NCBI GenBank assembly: GCA_947166565.1
Contig: CAMVEL010000007.1
Location: 7,323-71,322, forward strand
Direction of reading: 5' to 3'
Length of the DNA: 64,000 nucleotides
Source of the DNA: an uncultured Erysipelotrichaceae bacterium
GTDB lineage: Bacteria; Bacillota_I; Bacilli_A; RFN20; CAG-826
Both the position numbers and the translations under genes were made by a program. Of this stretch, positions 58,000 through 64,000 are shown one piece after another. Position 1 is the first letter of the stretch. Each line of letters starts with the position of its first letter. The notes beneath the pieces were generated by a model. That model did no database searches, was not told the origin of the DNA, and saw only the letters and a program-made list of their open reading frames with translations.

Positions 58000-58122
58000 G
58001 ACATTATTCAGGCGACTACTATGTTTATAAATGTAGAAAGTGTGGCGCAGCCTGGACAAAACATATTAGCTAACCATCACTTTATCGTTTGCTTAAGTTA
58101 AGTCGTCCATAGTGGCGATTCT

Positions 58123-58674
58123 TTATCTATATGATACGGAATACGCTGTTTTTTGTGTTCCGTTAAGCGGCTCGCCTTTATATGTTCCTTTAGCAGTAGC
58201 TTGAAGCAAATAATCAGTAAGGTAGCCATAGTTATTATAGGTTTGGCTTTCAATGGTTCTGATGGTTCTTTCTTCTATTGTTTCTGTATAATCAACATAA
58301 GCTTTAAATGGCTCTATAAAATATTGATATCCAAGATCCTTGCTATCTTCGCTTTCTTCTGCTTTTTTAAATTCATCTTTTATGGTTCTGTTTATTTCAT
58401 CAGTAAGATCATATTCATATTTTTCATCAGGAAGGAATTTGTTTTGTTCATCGTTCCATGAATAATTGAGCGTTGCGTTAATTGTTTGCCCCTCTCCAGA
58501 TAAGTCATCAAAATATGTAATTTTCAGTGTGGCGTGAGAATGATGATTATTCTCTATTTCTTGTATCTTTTGATAAAACTCTGAGTACTCAACCTTTTTT
58601 GGGCTATTGTTATTGTTACACGCCACTAAAGAGAGTGTTGAAATAAAACAAAATACTAAAAATCCCTTTTTCAT
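58123..58674 (-). CDS. Hypothetical lipoprotein (AT-rich)
   Basis: ATG 58674 follows GAGGG. The signal peptide and lipobox read MKKGFLVFCFISTLSLVAC. I recognise no family. Confidence 0.65.
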   Translation of the reverse strand: MKKGFLVFCFISTLSLVACNNNNSPKKVEYSEFYQKIQEIENNHHSHATLKITYFDDLSGEGQTINATLNYSWNDEQNKFLPDEKYEYDLTDEINRTIKDEFKKAEESEDSKDLGYQYFIEPFKAYVDYTETIEERTIRTIESQTYNNYGYLTDYLLQATAKGTYKGEPLNGTQKTAYSVSYR

Positions 58675-58830
58675 AAAAATACCCTCAAATCGACATAGAT
58701 ATTTTAACATGGGACACGTAGATCATCTACAAAGTGATTGCGGCAAAAAGTTCCACGAACCTAAATGATAAAAATTGTTGCTAATTTGTTGCAAACTTTG
58801 TGCTAACATACGAATAATAAAGGAATTTTT

Positions 58831-59094
58831 ATGGAAAAAGTTTATAGAGTTGTTATGGTCTATCCGGACGGTCATGTCGAAGATGTCCAGGAAGAATTCA
58901 AAGAAGGCAAGGAAGCTCTTGAGTATGGGAACAATCTTTTGGCCCAGGTCTATAACACCGAAAGCGTATCCCGTCCGTCTACCAGCGGAATCGACGATGG
59001 CTTTGGCTTCAAGGAAAAGATCGAACCGTATTTCATGATCGTTGAAGTTCGCGGAAAAAAGATCCGCATGGTTTACGATAGCCATTTCCGTTAA
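58831..59094 (+). CDS. Hypothetical small protein (87 aa)
   Basis: SD AAGGA 7 nt upstream, a clean terminator downstream, and no recognised motif. Confidence 0.55.
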   Translation: MEKVYRVVMVYPDGHVEDVQEEFKEGKEALEYGNNLLAQVYNTESVSRPSTSGIDDGFGFKEKIEPYFMIVEVRGKKIRMVYDSHFR

Positions 59095-59111
59095 TCACCA
59101 AACGCTTTATG

Positions 59112-59134
59112 ACCGCCTTCCGAAGGCGGTTTTT
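59112..59134 (+). terminator. Rho-independent terminator
   Basis: ACCGCCTTC-c-GAAGGCGGT followed by TTTT. Confidence 0.8.
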
Positions 59135-59145
59135 CCTTAAGGGGA

Positions 59146-59154
59146 TGTTATAAT
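59146..59154 (+). promoter_or_regulatory. Extended -10 promoter (TGtTATAAT) of the AlkD-like gene
   Basis: ggggaTGtTATAATttg, about 30 nt upstream of ATG 59186. Confidence 0.55.
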
Positions 59155-59185
59155 TTGTTCTACTGAACAAAAAGAGGCTAGGCAT

Positions 59186-59863
59186 ATGACCGAAATCCAG
59201 GAATACCTCATTAACAACAAAGACGAGGGATATAGGGCCTTTACTTTGCCCTTAATTCCTAATGTCGAGCCATCTTCTTTTATTGGGGTGAGACTCCCCA
59301 TAATCAAGAAATACGTGAAAGAAGTGGGAGGAACCCTCAAAGAAGCCTTTTTAGATGACCTCCCACATCAATATCACGAAGAAAACATCCTTCACGCCTT
59401 TATCCTTTCTAATCTCAAAGATTATGACGAATGCATTAAGCGAATTGACGCTTTCCTTCCTTATGTTTCCAATTGGTCTGTATGCGATGCCATTTGCAAC
59501 AAACATTTGGCGAAACATAAAGATGAATTGTTGAAAGAGATTTACAAATGGCTTAAGAGCAAAGAGGTTTATCGGGTTAGGTATGCGGTTAAGTGCCTCA
59601 TGAATTATTTCCTTGGCGAGGATTTCCGCGAAGAGCATCTTTTAAAAGTCCAAGAGGTTAGGTTGAACGACTATTACGTTCAAACGATGATCGCCTGGTA
59701 TTTAGCTACCGGATTAGCGAAGAATTACGATTCTTTCATCAAGACGATTGAAGAAAAAAGATTCGACCCATGCATTCATAATAAGGCAATTCAGAAGGGC
59801 GTCGAATCCTTCCGCGTGAGCGATGAGCATAAGGCTTATTTAAAGACCTTGAAGATAAAATAG
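59186..59863 (+). CDS. DNA alkylation repair protein (AlkC/AlkD-like HEAT-repeat glycosylase family)
   Basis: 225 aa. YRAFTLPLIPN...GVRLPIIKKY...VSNWSVCDAI...YYVQTMIAWYLA matches the DNA_alkylation family pattern. Confidence 0.7.
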   Translation: MTEIQEYLINNKDEGYRAFTLPLIPNVEPSSFIGVRLPIIKKYVKEVGGTLKEAFLDDLPHQYHEENILHAFILSNLKDYDECIKRIDAFLPYVSNWSVCDAICNKHLAKHKDELLKEIYKWLKSKEVYRVRYAVKCLMNYFLGEDFREEHLLKVQEVRLNDYYVQTMIAWYLATGLAKNYDSFIKTIEEKRFDPCIHNKAIQKGVESFRVSDEHKAYLKTLKIK

Positions 59864-59964
59864 ATTCAACGATTAGGGACGAATGAACAAAGCTTTTGAC
59901 GGAAAAGGTGGTCTTTAGCGTACGTTTATCTATATAATTCATGCGTTGTACTTGGAGGAAACCC

Positions 59965-60930
59965 ATGAAAAAGTATTTAGGTACGATAATCACCGCGCTG
60001 GTCGTCTTGACCTTAAGCGTGCTCGGCTTCGTCTTCTGCCCCCCAAATCTCAATTCCGTTCAGGCGGAGACGCTCATGATTCTTGCAATAGTCTGCGGAG
60101 GTGCCGTGGCTTATTGCTTCATCGTTGGGGAAATCAGCCGTAACAATTCGCAAATGGATAAGCTTTGGAGCATCATGCCAATCGCTTATGCATGGATCGT
60201 CGCCGCCAAAGGAGATATGAGACCACGCCTCGTTATCTTCGCTATCATCGTTACTTTGTGGGGAATCCGTCTAACGATCAACTTTGCCCGCAAAGGCGCC
60301 TACAGCATCAAGTTCTGGGCCGGCGAAGAGGATTACCGTTGGCAGGTATTGCGTAAGAGCAAATACCTTTCCAACAAAGTCGCTTGGGCTTTTTGGGATC
60401 TATTCTTCATTTCCTTCTATCAAAACGTCTTGGTTCTTGCAATCTGCGTGCCAGCCCTCGCCGTTATGAGTTCCGATGCCCAGCTTGGGGCTTGGGACTA
60501 TGTGGCCTTCGCCGCCGCCCTTGGTTTCTTGCTTCTTGAGCTTGCCGCCGATGAGCAGCAGATGGCCTTCCATACCACCAAGAAGAAACTTCTCGCCGAA
60601 GGCAAAAAGCTTGAAGAACTCCCTGAGCCATTTAACAAAGGCTTCAATACCACGGGGTTATGGGGACACGCAAGACACCCCAACTACCTTGGTGAACAAG
60701 GCGTTTGGCTATCTTTGTATTTCATTGTCCTTGGAGCGGGAGCCGCTAACTACGGCGTCTTCAACTGGACGATGATTGGACCGCTCTTCCTAATCTTCCT
60801 TTTCCTTGGAAGTTCCGCCTTTGGCGAAAGCGTCTCCAACGCCAAATACCCCGAATTCCACATCTATATGGAACACGTTTCCAAATATGTTCCTTTATGG
60901 AAATACAATCCTGAAAAATATAAAGAATAA
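59965..60930 (+). CDS. DUF1295 / steroid-5-alpha-reductase-like membrane protein
   Basis: ATG 59965 follows GGAGGA. The protein is polytopic with the C-terminal signature GLWGHARHPNYLGEQGVW. Confidence 0.7.
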   Translation: MKKYLGTIITALVVLTLSVLGFVFCPPNLNSVQAETLMILAIVCGGAVAYCFIVGEISRNNSQMDKLWSIMPIAYAWIVAAKGDMRPRLVIFAIIVTLWGIRLTINFARKGAYSIKFWAGEEDYRWQVLRKSKYLSNKVAWAFWDLFFISFYQNVLVLAICVPALAVMSSDAQLGAWDYVAFAAALGFLLLELAADEQQMAFHTTKKKLLAEGKKLEELPEPFNKGFNTTGLWGHARHPNYLGEQGVWLSLYFIVLGAGAANYGVFNWTMIGPLFLIFLFLGSSAFGESVSNAKYPEFHIYMEHVSKYVPLWKYNPEKYKE

Positions 60931-60953
60931 TTGACCCATCCGTCCTTGAAACC

Positions 60954-61481
60954 ATGGATTATATATTGGAAACAAAACGGCTTTTTCTTCGCGAAATGAC
61001 GGATGAAGATTTTTCCTCGCTTAAAAAGGTGATCGGCGATTCCGAGAACATGGTTTATTATGCCAAACCCTATGACGATGAAGGCGTGCAACGCTGGATC
61101 GATTGGTGTAAGGACTCCTATAAGAAAAACGGTTTTGGCCTATGGGCCGTAATCCTTAAGGAAACCGGTGAAATGATCGGCGATTGCGGAATCTCTATGC
61201 AGCCAATCAACGGTGGCTTGCTTCCTGAAATCGGATATCACCTAAGGAAGGATTATCACCGTCAAGGCATCGGTAAGGAAATGACGAAGGCCGTAAGGGA
61301 CTATTTCTTCGAACATTTCGATTTCGATGAAGTCTATTCCTATATGGAGGAAGATAACATCCCTTCATATAAAACCGCGGAAGCTAACGGCATGACTTTC
61401 CGAAGCATTTACAAAAGTGGGAATTTCGGGGCGTGCCGCGTCTATTCAATAACTAGGGACGAATGGAAAAGGATTAAATAG
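60954..61481 (+). CDS. GNAT-family N-acetyltransferase (RimJ/RimL-like)
   Basis: 175 aa with an acetyl-CoA binding region (YHRQGIGKEMTKAV). Confidence 0.8.
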   Translation: MDYILETKRLFLREMTDEDFSSLKKVIGDSENMVYYAKPYDDEGVQRWIDWCKDSYKKNGFGLWAVILKETGEMIGDCGISMQPINGGLLPEIGYHLRKDYHRQGIGKEMTKAVRDYFFEHFDFDEVYSYMEEDNIPSYKTAEANGMTFRSIYKSGNFGACRVYSITRDEWKRIK

Positions 61482-61492
61482 AACAATTAAAA

Positions 61493-61521
61493 TTAAAGGC
61501 CCGAATCAAACGGGCCTTTAA
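61493..61521. terminator. Bidirectional terminator between the convergent GNAT and GH43 genes
   Basis: TTAAAGGCCCG-aatcaaa-CGGGCCTTTAA, with A/T runs on both sides. Confidence 0.75.
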
Positions 61522-61534
61522 TTTGTTTAATTGA

Positions 61535-63004
61535 TTAGGCGTTTAGGCTGTAATGGTCGCGTATGCGCGCACATTCCTCCGCGGTTAAGCGCATGATTGT
61601 GCCGTGGCGCTTGGTTAAACGATCCCAGCTGTAATCCTTATCTTCACCGGCGGAAAGCATGCGCCACGAACCGTTCTCGTTATGGATGTCTTCGATGTTG
61701 GTCGTAGCAAAAGGAAGATACCCTGCACCGGAATTCATGTATTGGTCGCCCATAAGACCATATTCGGGGACGTCTTGATTGGTCCTGTCGTCGCGGTTAT
61801 AGATGAACCATTCCGGTCCTTCTAGGTTTTTGTTGGAAGCAGGAGCGGAACCTCCCCATCCACCAGAAACCTTAAAGCCCGTATCAGCGAGATTGCCAAT
61901 TCTCTCCCAACTTTCATGATCGAAGAGATTCGTGGTTTTTTGAATGAGGATACCCCCTCCATCGACGTTGTTATCCCCGTCTTTGACGGCGGAATAATAA
62001 GTGCTTCCCAAACGGAGGATAGAGGCATCGATGACGATGCGTCTGCCTTCGTCCTGATTGTTGATTAAAAGTTTAGGCTCGGAGATATGAATGAAGTCGC
62101 GGGTTGTTACATAGTAAATAGCGTCTTTCTCGATCTTTTCCGAGTGGTCTTCGTTGACTAAGCAGGAAGCGAAGAAGATGACGTATTGCCCACTTTCCTC
62201 GTGGTAGATCATCTCGGGGGCCCAGGCCATCCCGGCGTTAGAAGGCGCAACCTCCAATAGACGTGACTCACTCCAATTTATTAAATCGCGGGATTCCCAG
62301 AAAACGAGTGAATGGCTACCGTTTTTTGAGAATTTGTCGTTCGTGTTCGCGCCCCAACCACCGCGAGTATAGACTGATAAGTCGGTCGCGACGATGAAGA
62401 AACGGTCGCCTTCTGGCGAACGCATCATAAATGGATCGCGAACGCCGTGTTCGCCGACAGTGCTTGAAAGAATGGGGTTGTTCCTCGTGCTTAAATCCTT
62501 GAAATGGAGACCTTTCCCTTGGTCGGCGAAGGCGAAATACATCTGTTCGCCAACGGCGATTTTCTCTCCGTTTTCCTCTTTTCCGTCTTCACTGATGAAA
62601 TGTCCGAACATATAGCCGACGTAATCTTCGTCCTTGATGTTCTTTTCTAGGGCTTTGACGGTCACTGTTTGGGCAAAGGAAGCGCAGCTTTTCTTTTCCT
62701 CGTCTTTGATAGTCGCGGTAAGCTTGACCTCGGTGTCGGTTTCCTTGCGGTGGACGACGCCAGCTTCCATTTGTTCTTCTTTCTTATCGGAGATAACTGC
62801 GGGGTCGCTGCTCTTCCATTCTATTTGTTTTCCATCGACTTCCGTCGGCAAATAGATGTTTCCATATATTTCGTTAGCGTTAGCAATGGTTAGTTCCTTT
62901 ACCAGTTCCTCATCCATTGGATCGCATGGCTTTTCGCCGTTCCCGCACGAAATGAGTCCGGCGCATAAAAGGCCTGCAAAGAATAAGCTTGATTTCCCGT
63001 TCAT
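61535..63004 (-). CDS. Glycoside hydrolase family 43 lipoprotein (arabinanase/xylosidase-like)
   Basis: Lipobox GLISC, an Ig-like N-terminal module, and a GH43 five-bladed propeller with the catalytic-region motif GVRDPFMMRSPEGDRFFIVATD. Confidence 0.8.
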   Translation of the reverse strand: MNGKSSLFFAGLLCAGLISCGNGEKPCDPMDEELVKELTIANANEIYGNIYLPTEVDGKQIEWKSSDPAVISDKKEEQMEAGVVHRKETDTEVKLTATIKDEEKKSCASFAQTVTVKALEKNIKDEDYVGYMFGHFISEDGKEENGEKIAVGEQMYFAFADQGKGLHFKDLSTRNNPILSSTVGEHGVRDPFMMRSPEGDRFFIVATDLSVYTRGGWGANTNDKFSKNGSHSLVFWESRDLINWSESRLLEVAPSNAGMAWAPEMIYHEESGQYVIFFASCLVNEDHSEKIEKDAIYYVTTRDFIHISEPKLLINNQDEGRRIVIDASILRLGSTYYSAVKDGDNNVDGGGILIQKTTNLFDHESWERIGNLADTGFKVSGGWGGSAPASNKNLEGPEWFIYNRDDRTNQDVPEYGLMGDQYMNSGAGYLPFATTNIEDIHNENGSWRMLSAGEDKDYSWDRLTKRHGTIMRLTAEECARIRDHYSLNA

Positions 63005-63186
63005 AGAATAAACCTCTTCACTAAGTTAAAAACATATTAGGAAGCCTTTAATTACATTTAAACGACATTTTTGCGGAGTTGGCATCGATTTATTAAAGCA
63101 TAGGCCATTTCTTTGGGGGCTTCCTTCTAGGAACTGCTGATATTTGAGATTGCTATTGATGGGGAAAGGCGGATAATCAAAGGGCT

Positions 63187-64000
63187 ATGAAAAATCCGTC
63201 TAAGAAAAAATCACTTTTGGGTCTGAGTCTTCTTTTATCGACCCTTCTAATTGCTTCATGTGGGCCGACTCCCGTCAACACGTCGGATACGACGAGCGAA
63301 AGCCAAACAAGCACCACCAAAGAGGCCAGCACTCCCTCCGAGTGGTCTAGCGAGAGCGAGACTTCCGTTGAACCCAAGACCTCAACCGAAACGACCGAAC
63401 CTTCTAGTGAATCAAGCCCATCTAGCGAAACCGAATCCTCTCCCATCGAATCTTCGGAAACCTCATCCGAAGAACCTGAATCCTCTTCAACCGAATCCTA
63501 TGAGACCATAGAGACCTCTGAGTCTTATGAAACAGAAGAGACCTCATCTTCCCAAACATCTTCTTCCGCCAATCCAGACGTAAAGGATTGGAACCTCGAT
63601 TTCTCTAAATATGGGACCGCCTTCCTTTCAGATTTGTCCGCTCTTGTTTTGGGGTCTGGAGAAGTCGCTTCCTATAGTAAACATACCACGATTGGACCCA
63701 AGGCCGCGGCTTGGCCAAACGATAATTCGACGACGTTTATCCCTTTCTATCACGAAGCGAAAGCAGGACAAGAGACAACCTATTCTGAATGCAACCGCGA
63801 ACATACCTGGCCAGATTCTCGTGGTGGAGGAATGTTTGATGATGATCCCGTCATGGTAAGGCCAACCCTTAAGGCGGATAACTCCGATAGAGGCAATAAG
63901 TTCTATGGCGTTGGCTCTGGTGAATGGGACCCTTCCTCCTGCGGATATGAAGGGGCAAGAGGAGAATCCGCGAGGATCATCCTCTATTGCGCGGTTGCTT
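63187..64000 (+). CDS. Endonuclease-I-family nuclease lipoprotein (3' end runs off the window)
   Basis: Absent from the ORF track because it has no stop in the window. It begins MKNPSKKKSLLGLSLLLSTLLIASC (lipobox), followed by a Ser/Thr/Glu-rich linker of about 110 aa. The nuclease core then follows (CNREHTWPDSRGG...DPVMVRPTLKADNSDRGNKFYG). Confidence 0.75.
   Translation, partial: MKNPSKKKSLLGLSLLLSTLLIASCGPTPVNTSDTTSESQTSTTKEASTPSEWSSESETSVEPKTSTETTEPSSESSPSSETESSPIESSETSSEEPESSSTESYETIETSESYETEETSSSQTSSSANPDVKDWNLDFSKYGTAFLSDLSALVLGSGEVASYSKHTTIGPKAAAWPNDNSTTFIPFYHEAKAGQETTYSECNREHTWPDSRGGGMFDDDPVMVRPTLKADNSDRGNKFYGVGSGEWDPSSCGYEGARGESARIILYCAVA

Noticed and set aside
57855-58004. 50-codon N-terminal extension of the ABC ATPase ORF
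   Set aside because: It runs through repeat copy D and the terminator of the upstream gene. The canonical ABC N-terminus (MIQVQNLSKIF) starts at 57854.
57948-58073. Possible small zinc-ribbon gene (..LVLEILEIIDDEATNRHYSGDYYVYKCRKCGAAWTKHIS); copy B translates to a similar peptide (PLVLEFSEAIDVEATLYTCI) in the matching frame
   Set aside because: There is no ATG or SD, only one CxxC pair before the stop, and the reading frame is not consistent between the two halves of the repeat unit in copies A and C. This is most simply a nucleotide-level repeat, at best a gene relic. A few B/D differences are synonymous in this frame, so a coding origin of the repeat cannot be fully excluded.

Overview
The window is the replication-origin region of a low-GC, Bacillota-type chromosome. 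It uses the standard code (TGA is a stop, e.g. at gyrB and tatD; Trp is TGG). Gene content looks streamlined, resembling Mollicutes or Erysipelotrichia relatives. To the left of about 18.4 kb every gene is on the minus strand: dnaA, dnaN, yaaA, recF, gyrB, gyrA, a GT4 glycosyltransferase, serS, a double BcrAD/BadFG-type activase with a dehydratase-like partner, SRP RNA, tadA and a fused MacB-like ABC protein. To the right most genes are on the plus strand: rpmH, rnpA, yidC, jag, mnmE, tatD, rnmV, rsmA, ispE, glmU, then pth, mfd, rqcP, tilS, ftsH, dusB, then lysS, rpsF, ssb, rpsR. DnaA-box clusters lie on both sides of dnaA, which indicates a bipartite oriC. Accessory blocks interrupt this Bacillus-like order: a GGDEF protein, ppdK, an FGGY kinase with TetR, DUF368 and a flavodoxin; a MarR regulator with a heterodimeric ABC exporter; an AT-rich orphan wHTH gene; a cation:proton antiporter; an ABC-2 operon; and an AT-rich islet encoding a lipoprotein and a small protein. 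The right end carries AlkD-like, DUF1295 and GNAT genes, a GH43 lipoprotein and a partial endonuclease-I lipoprotein. I found no transposase, integrase, prophage, CRISPR array, rRNA or tRNA, and no recognisable defence system. The observations most worth follow-up are: (1) a locally clustered repeat family built on a CCCACGTGGG hairpin that brackets the antiporter and the ABC-2 operon, plus a 340-bp gap made of decayed copies; (2) a roughly 110-nt rod-like leader that sequesters the antiporter SD; (3) an SRP RNA that abuts the tadA start codon; (4) several genes whose ATG sits 6-10 nt after a -10 box with no SD, suggesting leaderless mRNAs; (5) the uncharacterised activase/dehydratase-like pair embedded in the housekeeping operon; and (6) an orphan 321-aa wHTH protein. 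All functional calls rest on reading the translated ORFs and motifs by eye; no database search was run.
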